This document shows, piece by piece, positions 8,777 to 17,588 of a stretch of DNA of 37,947 nt. A program made the translations under genes and the position numbers. Position 1 is the stretch's first letter. Each line of letters begins with the position of its first letter. Origin of the DNA: a virus (lineage: Duplodnaviria > Caudoviricetes). The stretch is from positions 1 to 37,947 of IMG/VR virus record IMGVR_UViG_3300049144_000153. One strand, given 5' to 3'. The notes under the pieces are model-generated. The model was not told the origin of the DNA. It did not search any database and saw only the letters and a list, made by a program, of their open reading frames with translations.

Positions 8777-9847
8777 GTGTTCGGAGATCCCATCTACAAG
8801 CGCGACGCCAACGGCCGGATCCGCGACTGGCAGTACGAGGTCGATGGTGCGCGCTGGCGCACCATTTCCGGCCTCGTCGACGGTGAGCGCGTCATCACCG
8901 GCTGGACCACCTGCACGCCGAAGAGCCAGGACACGGCTGAGGGCCAGGCTCTCTTCGAGGCCATGGCCGAGATGAAGAAGAAGCTCGATCGGGACTATCG
9001 TCGCACGATCGACGAGGTTGACCGGCCGCGCGATTCCGTCGTGAAGCCGATGCTGGCCCACAAGTACGAGGCCTGGACCGGCGGGTCGTGGAGCCAGCCG
9101 AAGCTCGATGGCATCCGCTGCCTCGCCACGAAGGACGGCCTCTGGAGCCGCCAGGGCAAGCCAATCGTGGCCTGCCCGCACATCGTGGAGGCTCTGGCGC
9201 CCCTGTTCGTTCTGCACCCTGGCCTGATCCTCGACGGCGAGCTGTATAACCACGACCTCAAGGACGACTTCAACCAGATCACGAGCCTGGTGAAGCGCCT
9301 GAAGCCGACCGCCGAGGACCTCGCCAAGTCGGCCGAGCTGATCCAGTACCACGTCTACGACGTCCCGAGCTTCGAGCAGGAGTTCGGCCTGCGGGTCCGC
9401 TTCCTGCAGCATGAGCTGGGACTGGGTGAGGGTAGCGTCATTCGTCTCGTCGAGACGAAGTGGGCCGCCGACGAGGTCGCCCTCGACGCGCTCTACGCCG
9501 AGTACCTGGAGCAGGGCTACGAGGGCCAGATGGTCCGCAGCAACGGCCGCTACGAGCAGAAGCGGTCGAAGCACCTCCTGAAGCGCAAGGAGTTCCAGGA
9601 CGCCGAGTACAAGATCCTCAGCATCGAGGAAGGCAACGGGAACTGGGCCGGCTACGCCAAGCGCATCGTCTGCCAGCTCGACGACGGACGCGAGTTCGGA
9701 GCCGGCGTGAAGGGCAACCAGGACTTCTGCAAACAGCTGCTCGGCCAGACCCCCGAGCAGGCCACCATCCGCTTCTTCGCCCTAACCCCGGACGGCGTTC
9801 CGCGCTTCCCCGTGGCTGTGGCCTTCCACGAGGGAGAGCGCCTGTGA
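8777..9847 (+). CDS. ATP-dependent DNA ligase
   Basis: KPMLAH, motif I QPKLDGIRC, LDGELY, YHVYD, GYEGQMVR, LLKRK, and the OB-fold end GVPRFP. GTG start chosen after AAGGAG. Confidence 0.95.
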   Translation: MFGDPIYKRDANGRIRDWQYEVDGARWRTISGLVDGERVITGWTTCTPKSQDTAEGQALFEAMAEMKKKLDRDYRRTIDEVDRPRDSVVKPMLAHKYEAWTGGSWSQPKLDGIRCLATKDGLWSRQGKPIVACPHIVEALAPLFVLHPGLILDGELYNHDLKDDFNQITSLVKRLKPTAEDLAKSAELIQYHVYDVPSFEQEFGLRVRFLQHELGLGEGSVIRLVETKWAADEVALDALYAEYLEQGYEGQMVRSNGRYEQKRSKHLLKRKEFQDAEYKILSIEEGNGNWAGYAKRIVCQLDDGREFGAGVKGNQDFCKQLLGQTPEQATIRFFALTPDGVPRFPVAVAFHEGERL

Positions 9848-10779
9848 CCACCATTTCCGCAAAGATCATCGCCGACAGCATCAGCCCTGACGGCATCCGG
9901 ATCACGACGTTCCACCTGCGCTATCCGCGCTTCATCCACGCCGAGCTGATGACCCATCGGGTCTTCAGCCGCAACGCACGGTCCTCACGGGCCGTGCCGG
10001 TGGGGAAGATGATCGAGGAGATCCAGAACGACCCGGTTATCCCGATCCACTGGGGCAAGAACCAGGCGGGGATGCAGGCTCACGAGGAGCACGACGCGCC
10101 GGTAACCATTGGTCTCGACTTCGATCTGAGCAAAACGCTCACCCGGATGCAGGCTTGGCTCTTCGCCCGTGACCGCGCTGTAGAGGCGGCCCAGGCCTTC
10201 CACGCCGCCGGCTACCACAAGCAGGTCGTGAACCGTCTCCTGGAGCCGTTCATGCACATCGACACCCTCGTCACCGCGACGGAGTGGTCGAACTGGTATG
10301 CGCTGCGTGATCACAAGGACGCCGAGCCCCACATCAAGAAACTCGCCGAGGAGATGAAGAAGGCTCGGGACGCCTCGACACCTGAGAAACTTGAGCCAGG
10401 AGCCTGGCACCTGCCGTATGTTGACGAAGCCACGGAAGATCAGGTCGCCGACTATGTCATTGGTACCGGCGGTGCTGGCCCGCGTGAGGTGCAGATGATC
10501 AGTGATCTGCTGATCAAACTGTCGGTCGCCCGGAGCGCTCGCATCTCCTACGCACCATTCGACGGCGATGGCTCAATCGAGAAGGAGCTGGACCGATACG
10601 AGAAGCTGGTCGGGTCCTACCCGATGCACGCCTCGCCGGCCGAACATCAGGCGACGCCGGATCGAAAGCGGTCAGCCGGCATCTCTGACTGGACGCAGGG
10701 TTGGTGGCAGGAGGAGCTGCACGGCAACTTCGTCGGGTGGATACAATTCCGGAAGACCCTTCAGGGAGAGTGCCAGTGA
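9844..10779 (+). CDS. thyX: Flavin-dependent thymidylate synthase
   Basis: YPRFIHAELMTHRVFSRNARSSRAVP (ThyX motif variant), HKQVVNRLLEPF, LRDHKDAEPHI. GTGA overlap start. Confidence 0.88.
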   Translation: MTTISAKIIADSISPDGIRITTFHLRYPRFIHAELMTHRVFSRNARSSRAVPVGKMIEEIQNDPVIPIHWGKNQAGMQAHEEHDAPVTIGLDFDLSKTLTRMQAWLFARDRAVEAAQAFHAAGYHKQVVNRLLEPFMHIDTLVTATEWSNWYALRDHKDAEPHIKKLAEEMKKARDASTPEKLEPGAWHLPYVDEATEDQVADYVIGTGGAGPREVQMISDLLIKLSVARSARISYAPFDGDGSIEKELDRYEKLVGSYPMHASPAEHQATPDRKRSAGISDWTQGWWQEELHGNFVGWIQFRKTLQGECQ

Positions 10780-10868
10780 ACTGGGACGTCATCATCCAAG
10801 GGGGCGCGATCATCGCGCTCCTCTTCATCCTGGGTTGGGCTGTGACGGGGGTGCAACGTGCTCAGTAA
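10776..10868 (+). CDS. Small membrane peptide (30 aa, MNWDVIIQGGAIIALLFILGWAVTGVQRAQ)
   Basis: GTGA overlap, GGGAG RBS, one hydrophobic helix. Not in the ORF track. Confidence 0.55.
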   Translation: MNWDVIIQGGAIIALLFILGWAVTGVQRAQ

Positions 10869-11346
10869 GTGGCGAGACCGTTTCCTGAGCCTGGCCGCCC
10901 ACGTTGCGACCTGGTCGAAGGACACAACCAAGGTTGGAGCCGTGGCGATCACGCCTGCAAAGGCTGTCGCCGAGACCGGCTACAACGGGTTGCCCCGGGG
11001 CGTGCAGGATCTGCCAGAGCGGATGTCTCGGGAGCCTCTTCCGGGACACACGACCGGGGCCAAGTACCTGTTCACGGGCCACGCCGAGGAGAACTTGGTG
11101 GCACACGCTGCTCGCCCCCGTCTTGAGGGCACGACGGTGTACGTCACCCATCTCTGCTGCGCTGCCTGTACCCGGATGCTGATCAACGCAGGTGTCGGCA
11201 AGATCATCTGCGGTCCTGGCAAGACATCGATGCCTCAAGAGCAGTTCGATGCCACGATGATCATGATCCGGGATACAGGCATCGGCTTCGAACTTGTTGA
11301 CGAGGAAAATCCGAACATCCCCAGGGACGTTCATTTGTCCGCGTAA
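10858..11346 (+). CDS. dCMP deaminase
   Basis: WSKDTTKVGAV, TGYNGLPRG, HAEEN, and CCAAC zinc ligands. Confidence 0.93.
   Translation: MLSKWRDRFLSLAAHVATWSKDTTKVGAVAITPAKAVAETGYNGLPRGVQDLPERMSREPLPGHTTGAKYLFTGHAEENLVAHAARPRLEGTTVYVTHLCCAACTRMLINAGVGKIICGPGKTSMPQEQFDATMIMIRDTGIGFELVDEENPNIPRDVHLSA
11313..11332. promoter_or_regulatory. 20-bp palindromic site, copy 2 (GAACATCCCCAGGGACGTTC)
   Basis: Two mismatches to consensus; lies in the 3' end of the dCMP deaminase gene, ~40 nt before the resolvase ATG. Confidence 0.65.
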
Positions 11347-11370
11347 AGCCTGAGGGTTACTTCGGTGTTC

Positions 11371-11793
11371 ATGGCAAAGAACACCGGAAAATCTGCTGAA
11401 GGCGAGTTCGAAGACTTCCTCAAGAAGCTCGGAAAGCACGCCTATTTCTACCGCTTCAAGGACGCGAGCGACCTGAAGGGGCTCACCGGCAAGATCGGTC
11501 ACATCGACAAACAGCCCTCGGACTACATCGTTGTGGTCCGAGGGCTGACTGCGTTCAGCGAGGTCAAAAGCACTGGTAACGACACCTCGTTTCCCTTCTC
11601 ACTACTCAAGGCCGGCCAGAACGCCCATGCACTGCGCATTCTGGCGGCGGGCGGGTCGTACCTCGTATACGTGAAGAGAATGACGACCGGTGAATGGTTC
11701 CGGATCCCCTACGAGGTGATCCGCCAGACCCGTGAGACCGGTAAGGCGTCCATCCCCTGGCGCGATCTTGGGGGTTACACATGGTCAGCGTAG
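11371..11793 (+). CDS. RecU-like Holliday junction resolvase (PD-(D/E)xK nuclease)
   Basis: NTGKSAEGEFE...PSDYIVV...FSEVKST...Q pattern. Confidence 0.8.
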   Translation: MAKNTGKSAEGEFEDFLKKLGKHAYFYRFKDASDLKGLTGKIGHIDKQPSDYIVVVRGLTAFSEVKSTGNDTSFPFSLLKAGQNAHALRILAAGGSYLVYVKRMTTGEWFRIPYEVIRQTRETGKASIPWRDLGGYTWSA

Positions 11794-12293
11794 TTCCACT
11801 TCCAAGTTTAGCGCGCCTCAAGGAAATGCTCCTCATCAATGATGACGGTGTGCTGGTTTGGCGGACGACCTCCAAGAACAAAAGGAGGCGTGCGGGCGCG
11901 CGAGCTGGGAGCATCACGGGTGATGGCTATATCGCACTGAGGATTGATGGTCGGAGTTATCTGGCCCATCGAGTCGTGTTCAAGCTCATCCACGGTCGTG
12001 ATCCCGTTCACGAGATTGATCACCGCGACCTCGTAAAATCCAACAACCACCCTGACAACTTGCGAGAGGCTTCTGACCACGAGCAGGTGCAGAATCGTCG
12101 TGCGTGGAAGCGCAAGTACGACCTGCCAAAGGGCGTCGGCAAAGCCCCTGATCGTAGGGGCTATTCTGCCCGGATCAAAATCAAGGGTCGCCTCATCTAC
12201 CTCGGATACTTCGGAACCAAGGAAGAGGCACACGCAGCATATGTAGCCGCTGCACACAAGCATTTTGGTGAGTTTGCAAATACGGGAGCTTAA
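11781..12293 (+). CDS. Free-standing HNH homing endonuclease with C-terminal AP2 domain
   Basis: YLAHRVVF...IDHRDLVKSNNHPDNLREA; AP2-like KGV...ARIKIKGRLIYLGYFGTKEEAHAAY. More A/T at third codon positions than its neighbours. Confidence 0.92.
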   Translation: MVSVVPLPSLARLKEMLLINDDGVLVWRTTSKNKRRRAGARAGSITGDGYIALRIDGRSYLAHRVVFKLIHGRDPVHEIDHRDLVKSNNHPDNLREASDHEQVQNRRAWKRKYDLPKGVGKAPDRRGYSARIKIKGRLIYLGYFGTKEEAHAAYVAAAHKHFGEFANTGA

Positions 12294-12294
12294 G

Positions 12295-12822
12295 TTGGTA
12301 ACGGATATTATGCTTGATATAGAGACGACCGGCACGGATCCAGCACATGCTGCGATCCTGCAGATCTCGGCTGTCAAGTTCTCCATCGAGACGAAGGAGA
12401 TCAGCCACAATTTCTTCGACCGCTGCCTCGCCATGCCGGCCAACCGGTACTGGGACGAGGGCACGCGGGAGTGGTGGCTGCGACAGGACGAGCACATCCT
12501 CCCCGAGATCCTCGGCCGCGCCGAGGACCCGGCCGTCGTGATCAAGGACTTCTCGGAGTGGATCATCGGCACGCTCCCGGTCAAGGACGTGCGTCTGTGG
12601 GCCAAGCCGATCTCCTTCGAGTGGCCGTTCATCGCCTCGTACTTCAAGCAGTTCGACGTCCCGCTGCCGCTGCACTACCGGCACGCCAAGGACCTGAACA
12701 CGTACATCTTCGCCCGTGGCCACGACATCAACGAGTTCTGGAAGGGCATCCCGTTCGAGGGTGACGCCCACAATGCGCTCTACGACGTGTTCCACCAGAT
12801 CCGAGGAGCTTTCGCAGCATGA
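12295..12822 (+). CDS. DEDDh 3'-5' exonuclease
   Basis: IMLDIETTG, WAKPISFE, HNALYD. TTG start chosen after GGGAG; alternative ATG at 12310. Confidence 0.88.
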   Translation: MVTDIMLDIETTGTDPAHAAILQISAVKFSIETKEISHNFFDRCLAMPANRYWDEGTREWWLRQDEHILPEILGRAEDPAVVIKDFSEWIIGTLPVKDVRLWAKPISFEWPFIASYFKQFDVPLPLHYRHAKDLNTYIFARGHDINEFWKGIPFEGDAHNALYDVFHQIRGAFAA

Positions 12823-13775
12823 ACATGAAGATCCTGGGTGACCCCCACCTGGGGCGCGAGTTCCGAAACTCGGTGCCCCTGCACCGCAGGGGCGAGCGTG
12901 AGCGCCTGATCAGAGAGCACTTCGTCCGTGAGTTGGATCCGCAAGGATCCGGCCTTCACGTTTGTATGGGCGACCTGTTCGACCAGCCGGTCGTCAGCCT
13001 CGACACGATCTGGTTCGCCGCCTCGTCCTACATCACGGCGTCGCTCGATCACCCCAACACGACCTTCGTCGTCATCCGGGGCAACCACGACGACAGCCGC
13101 GATCTCGGCCAGGTCTCGGCCTTCGACATCTTCAAGGGTCTCGTGGCCTCCCGGCCGAACATCTTCGTGGTCGACGACAAGCCGCTCCAGCTCGGGGCCG
13201 GCACGGTCTTCTTCGGATGGTGCCCGGACAAGAGCGCCGAGGAGCTGGTCGCCTCGGCCAGCATATCCGGAGCCACCACGGCCTTCGGTCACTGGGATGT
13301 CGACCTCCGGTCAGCGCCCCACAACCTGATCCCGACGAAGGCTCTCGCCGAGAAGGGCATCACGAAGATCTACACCGGCCACATCCACCTGCCGACCACG
13401 TTCACCCGTGATGGCATCGACGTGGTCGTGACCGGCTCGATGCAGCCCTACGCCCACGGCGAGGACGCGACGGGCGAGTGGTACGTGACGCTGACCCGCG
13501 AGGAGCTGGACGCAACCGATCCGGCCACCCTCAAGGACAAGTGCGTGCGCGTCCTGCTCAAGGCAGGCGAGACCACCGACGTCCAGCTCGACTGCCTCCA
13601 GCTCAAGTACGAGCGGGTGGAGGAGGTCGTGGATGACGGCGGCGTAGAAGTCACCATGGACGGCTTCGATCTCGGCAAGACCTTCGCGGAGGTCTTCCAG
13701 CAATTCACCCTCGTGGACAATGTCAAAGAGAAGATCGATTCCAGATGGCAGACAACTTTTACGCAGCAGGGCTGA
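12819..13775 (+). CDS. SbcD/Mre11-like nuclease subunit (metallophosphoesterase)
   Basis: GDPHLG, GDLFD, GNHD, GHIH motifs; lies upstream of the SbcC-like ATPase. Confidence 0.9.
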   Translation: MNMKILGDPHLGREFRNSVPLHRRGERERLIREHFVRELDPQGSGLHVCMGDLFDQPVVSLDTIWFAASSYITASLDHPNTTFVVIRGNHDDSRDLGQVSAFDIFKGLVASRPNIFVVDDKPLQLGAGTVFFGWCPDKSAEELVASASISGATTAFGHWDVDLRSAPHNLIPTKALAEKGITKIYTGHIHLPTTFTRDGIDVVVTGSMQPYAHGEDATGEWYVTLTREELDATDPATLKDKCVRVLLKAGETTDVQLDCLQLKYERVEEVVDDGGVEVTMDGFDLGKTFAEVFQQFTLVDNVKEKIDSRWQTTFTQQG

Positions 13776-14071
13776 AGGTTCTTCTGGCTCAAGGCTTCTG
13801 GACACCGCCCGAGAAGGCCGTGCTCGAATGGTTGCACTCCGCAGCCGAGGAGAGCGCGGCCATCTACTGGGACAACGTGACCGGAATTATCCCCGGATCG
13901 GATGGCCACGTCGTCATCAGGAACATCATCACCAAGTGCAAGCACTTCGGGCTCGCACCGGTCTTTGAAGAACTACAAAAAGCATATGACCAAAAGAGCA
14001 CCACTCAATCTCAACACGAACCTGAAAAAGCGCCCGGAATGGGAGCGGATCAGGGCGAAAAAGCTGCGTGA
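13745..14071 (+). CDS. Hypothetical protein (108 aa)
   Basis: Fills the gap between the SbcD-like gene and the next ORF; overlapping start. Confidence 0.55.
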   Translation: MADNFYAAGLKVLLAQGFWTPPEKAVLEWLHSAAEESAAIYWDNVTGIIPGSDGHVVIRNIITKCKHFGLAPVFEELQKAYDQKSTTQSQHEPEKAPGMGADQGEKAA

Positions 14072-14351
14072 CCAAGCGATCGAGCGGCAGGGGAACCTCT
14101 GTTACCTCTGCCGCCTCCCCATGGACGATGTGACCGACGACAGCTCGAACGACCGAGCCTCGGTCCATCGCATCAGCCCCAACCGATTCTTCACTCCCGG
14201 CAATGTGGTTGCCGCCCACTACAGGTGTACCAGCGATGCTGAAAAAGCTCGAATACAGTGTGACCTTCCCAACGACTGGCAGAACCCTCGCCAGAGAGGT
14301 GGCTTTCGAGCCCGGGATGATGGCCATCACGGGGCCGAACGAGGCTGGTAA
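13986..14351 (+). CDS. Degenerate HNH-like zinc-binding protein overlapping both neighbours
   Basis: RQGNLCYLCRLPM...ASVHRISP...GNVVAAHYRC follows the CxxC...DH...N..AHxxCN HNH pattern with substitutions. Confidence 0.6.
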   Translation: MTKRAPLNLNTNLKKRPEWERIRAKKLRDQAIERQGNLCYLCRLPMDDVTDDSSNDRASVHRISPNRFFTPGNVVAAHYRCTSDAEKARIQCDLPNDWQNPRQRGGFRARDDGHHGAERGW

Positions 14352-16155
14352 GTCGATGGTCATGGAGATGGTCCGGTTCTGCCTGTTCGGGACCGCAGCC
14401 CTCCGTGGCAACAGCGACGACTACAAGACCCTGAAGGCCAGCCTGGAGTTCGTCGTGCGGGGCGAGATCTACAAGGTCCGTCGCACGATCAACAACGCCT
14501 GGCTCTACCAGGACGACGAGCTGCTCGCGACCGGCGTCAAGCCGGTGAACGCCAAGGTCATCGCGATCCTCGGTTTCGGCATCGAGGTGTTCGACGTCGC
14601 CTGCATGGCCAACCAGGGCGATGTCGAGAAGCTCGCCAAGATGCGCCCGACCGAGCGCAAGAAGATGGTCGACGAGGTCATCGGTGCCAACCGCATCGAG
14701 GAGCTGGCGAAGTGGTGCGGTGACGAGGCCGCTCTTCTCGGCCGCGAGATCGCCGTTCTCGAACGCGGACTGGTCCAGCCCGTCGAGCCCGTCCGCCCCG
14801 AGGGCTACTGCGACAGCGTCATCCTGCAGAAGAGCGTGGACGAGCTGCGCACGAAGCAGCAGGAGCTGGCTCGCCTCTCGGGATGGCTGCAGGCGAAGCC
14901 GGCCGAGCCCGTGGCCCCCGGCGTCCTGGGCCACGCCTTCAGCGAGCAGCAGCTGATCGACGCCGAGCTGATCCTCTGCGTCCCGACCTACGACTTCGAC
15001 CGCGAGGCCGTGAAGGCTCAGTGGGAGGCCTTCGAGCTGTGGCTGGACCGTCGCCGCTTCGAGGGGCAGCACCCCCGGCCCGTCATGAGCCTGGAGCAGA
15101 TCAAGCTCGCCTATCAGAAGGACGAGCTGATCGCCGAGCTGGAGCGGCTCAAGAAGAACCCGGTGATCACCTGCCCCTGTGGTCAGCCGTTCACGACGGC
15201 CGACGAGCGGATCAGGGAGATCGAGGACACCCTGGCCGGGTTGCCGGATGTCGACTGCGGAGACTGCGACCCTCGTCGAGAGGAGCGGATGATCGTCGAC
15301 TGGATGAACCCCGACACCCTTCGGCAGTGGGAGGCACTCAAGGACGCCGTGGAGGTCGAGCAGCCGCACGTCACCCGGGCCGAGCTGGCTCGCGCCGAGG
15401 GCGCGGTCCACGTCGAGGACCGGAGGCGCAAGCTGAACGAGCTGGGGTTCATTGGCGAGGACCTCCAGGCCGTTCGGACGATGCTCCGGGACCTGCGGAC
15501 CTTCCAGGCCCAGATGGCCGCCTACGAGCCCCAGAAGGCGGCCTACGAGGCATGGCTGAAGGAAGCCGAGGGGGTTGCCGCCCAGGTCCAGGCTTTGGCC
15601 GTGGAAGTGGCTCAGCTGCCGATCCAGGAGGCCAGGCTGCGGGAGGCCCAGCATTACGAGGTGGCGTACGCCAACTTCGTGAACGCGAAGGCCGACTACG
15701 GCAAGCGCGTGGTGGAGCTGGAGGCCGTCAAGGCCGAGCGGCAGTCCTGGCTCGACGGCAAGGCTGGGTTCAACGAGCTGCGCGAGCGGATCAAGACCCA
15801 CCTCGTGCCGTCGCTCTCGAAGGTCGCCTCGGTTCTCTTGAGCCAGATGACCGGCGGGGCGCGCAACTCGATCGTCGTCGACGAGGAGTTCGAGGTCATG
15901 GTCGACGGCCAGCCGCTCAACACCCTGTCGGGATCCGGGAAGGCGTGTGCCAACCTGGCTCTGCGGATCGGACTTGGTCAAGTATTGACCAATAATGTCT
16001 TCTCGATTTTCATCGGGGACGAGATTGATGCGTCGATGGACAACGATCGGGCAAGAAATCTCGGAACATCCCTAGAGAACATCGGAAGTCGTATCTCGCA
16101 AATCATCATCATCACCCACAAAATACCAGAAGCGAAACACGTCGTTTCCTTCTGA
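14236..16155 (+). CDS. SbcC/Rad50-like SMC ATPase
   Basis: Walker A GPNEAGKS, Q-loop ANQGD, central CPCG hook-like motif, signature LSGSGK, Walker B FIGDEID, IITH. Confidence 0.92.
   Translation: MLKKLEYSVTFPTTGRTLAREVAFEPGMMAITGPNEAGKSMVMEMVRFCLFGTAALRGNSDDYKTLKASLEFVVRGEIYKVRRTINNAWLYQDDELLATGVKPVNAKVIAILGFGIEVFDVACMANQGDVEKLAKMRPTERKKMVDEVIGANRIEELAKWCGDEAALLGREIAVLERGLVQPVEPVRPEGYCDSVILQKSVDELRTKQQELARLSGWLQAKPAEPVAPGVLGHAFSEQQLIDAELILCVPTYDFDREAVKAQWEAFELWLDRRRFEGQHPRPVMSLEQIKLAYQKDELIAELERLKKNPVITCPCGQPFTTADERIREIEDTLAGLPDVDCGDCDPRREERMIVDWMNPDTLRQWEALKDAVEVEQPHVTRAELARAEGAVHVEDRRRKLNELGFIGEDLQAVRTMLRDLRTFQAQMAAYEPQKAAYEAWLKEAEGVAAQVQALAVEVAQLPIQEARLREAQHYEVAYANFVNAKADYGKRVVELEAVKAERQSWLDGKAGFNELRERIKTHLVPSLSKVASVLLSQMTGGARNSIVVDEEFEVMVDGQPLNTLSGSGKACANLALRIGLGQVLTNNVFSIFIGDEIDASMDNDRARNLGTSLENIGSRISQIIIITHKIPEAKHVVSF
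16064..16083. promoter_or_regulatory. 20-bp site, copy 3 (GAACATCCCTAGAGAACATC; right arm degenerate)
   Basis: First 15 nt identical to copy 1, and both are preceded by AGAAATC-N3. Lies in the AT-rich 3' end of the SbcC-like gene. Confidence 0.6.
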
Positions 16156-16163
16156 GGACAGTG

Positions 16164-16565
16164 ATGGATGAGAAGTACGTAAGAGAAGAGCTTCGAGACA
16201 ATGGCTACAACGTCTCGAAGCTCGCCCGATCCCTCGGCATGGACTATGTCGAGACCAAGCTGAAGTACGGGAACGACGAGACGCCAGCTCGTCGCCCCGC
16301 CGGCCCCCGTCCCGTGAACATCAAGGACCTGGCCCGCACACCCCCCCTTCGGCGGCATGTGATCGCGGTCAAGCCCGCGAACGGCGAGTGGCCCAACGAC
16401 TATTCCCAGGTGATCCACACTGCCCGCAAGCGGGTCGACGCCGGGACGCACACCATGTGCCAGAACACCCGTGAGGATGGGTGGGTAGTTCTCTACCTGA
16501 TCCCCCTGAAGAGGCCCCAGAAGCCGAAGCCATTCTTCTTCATGCCGATCGAGGGGGTGCTCTGA
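16164..16565 (+). CDS. Hypothetical protein with N-terminal Fis-like HTH
   Basis: YVREELRDNGYNVSKLARSLGMD resembles a Fis/NtrC-type HTH; GAGGA RBS. Confidence 0.55.
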   Translation: MDEKYVREELRDNGYNVSKLARSLGMDYVETKLKYGNDETPARRPAGPRPVNIKDLARTPPLRRHVIAVKPANGEWPNDYSQVIHTARKRVDAGTHTMCQNTREDGWVVLYLIPLKRPQKPKPFFFMPIEGVL

Positions 16566-17113
16566 TGATCGCGTTGGATAGCCGAGGCGGACCAGGACTG
16601 TTCTTCTACAAGGGCGACATCGTTGACGCCTACAACTTCGACGCTGACGAGCTGAGCATCGTCGGCATCGCCCGAGCCCTTTCGCGGATCAACCGCTTCA
16701 CCGGCAACGGCTCCAAGCCGTACAGCGTGGCTCAGCACAGCGTGACGCTGAGCTACCTCGTGCCGAAGAAGCTGGCCAAGGCCGCTCTCATGCACGACGT
16801 CTGCGAGGTCTTCATCGGCGACGTCCCGTCACCGGTCAAGAAGATCTGCCCGCAGCTGATGGAGATCGAGGAGAAGATCCTCCGTCGCCTCGCCCACGTC
16901 TTCAAGATCCCCTACGTGCAGTTCATCGAGCTGCGCCCCTTCGACAGTCAGATCGGACGGGACGAGGCCCGCGCCCTCTTCGAGGAACCCGGCATCGACA
17001 TCTCCGGTGGCGGCTTCGGGGTCGAGATCGTCCCCGTCGACGCAAAGCAGGCTGAGGACGACTTCGTCCGCCGCTTCTTCGAACTGTTCATTGAAGGCCA
17101 CGATAATGACTGA
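16565..17113 (+). CDS. HD-superfamily 5'-deoxynucleotidase (YfbR/YfdR-like)
   Basis: IARALSRINRFTG...YSVAQHS...ALMHDVCEVFIGDVPSPVK; TGATG coupling. Confidence 0.88.
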   Translation: MIALDSRGGPGLFFYKGDIVDAYNFDADELSIVGIARALSRINRFTGNGSKPYSVAQHSVTLSYLVPKKLAKAALMHDVCEVFIGDVPSPVKKICPQLMEIEEKILRRLAHVFKIPYVQFIELRPFDSQIGRDEARALFEEPGIDISGGGFGVEIVPVDAKQAEDDFVRRFFELFIEGHDND

Positions 17114-17588
17114 GACCACGGGCGCTGCGCGCTTCAACACCACCAAGTTCCGCCCCTCGCTCGTGCCGGCCTCGCTGGTTCGCTACTGCGCCTACGGCAT
17201 GACCTACGGCGCGGTGAAGTACGAGGACAACAACTGGCGCAAGGGGTTCGACTGGACGTCCATCATGGACTCGTTCGAGCGTCACTTCCTCGCTATCAAG
17301 GAGGGCGAGGACATCGATGAGGAGAGCGGGCTTCCCCACCTGTCGCTCCTGGCTTGCAACCTGGCCTTCCTGGTCGAGCACTACGACACCGGGCTCGGCC
17401 GGGACGATCGGTTCCAATACAGCTTCGACTTCGCCCGTCAGCAGCTCGCGTTCAAGGATCCGCCAAAGAAGCTGAAGGAGGAGGCGGCACCACTCGCGGG
17501 GGAGACCTTCACGGTCGACCTCAGCAAGTGCCCGAGCTTCTTCCACAACAACAGCTTCCTCGTCGGCACCGGAGACCAGATCCAATGA
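17106..17588 (+). CDS. dATP/dGTP diphosphohydrolase-like protein (DUF5664-type)
   Basis: KFRPSLVP...MTYGAVKYEDNNWRKG...SFERHF...GEDIDEESGLPHL is characteristic of the family. Confidence 0.85.
   Translation: MTETTGAARFNTTKFRPSLVPASLVRYCAYGMTYGAVKYEDNNWRKGFDWTSIMDSFERHFLAIKEGEDIDEESGLPHLSLLACNLAFLVEHYDTGLGRDDRFQYSFDFARQQLAFKDPPKKLKEEAAPLAGETFTVDLSKCPSFFHNNSFLVGTGDQIQ

Noticed and set aside
11781-12293. Group I intron around the HNH gene
   Set aside because: Both flanking genes appear complete, and there is no non-coding room for an intron core.
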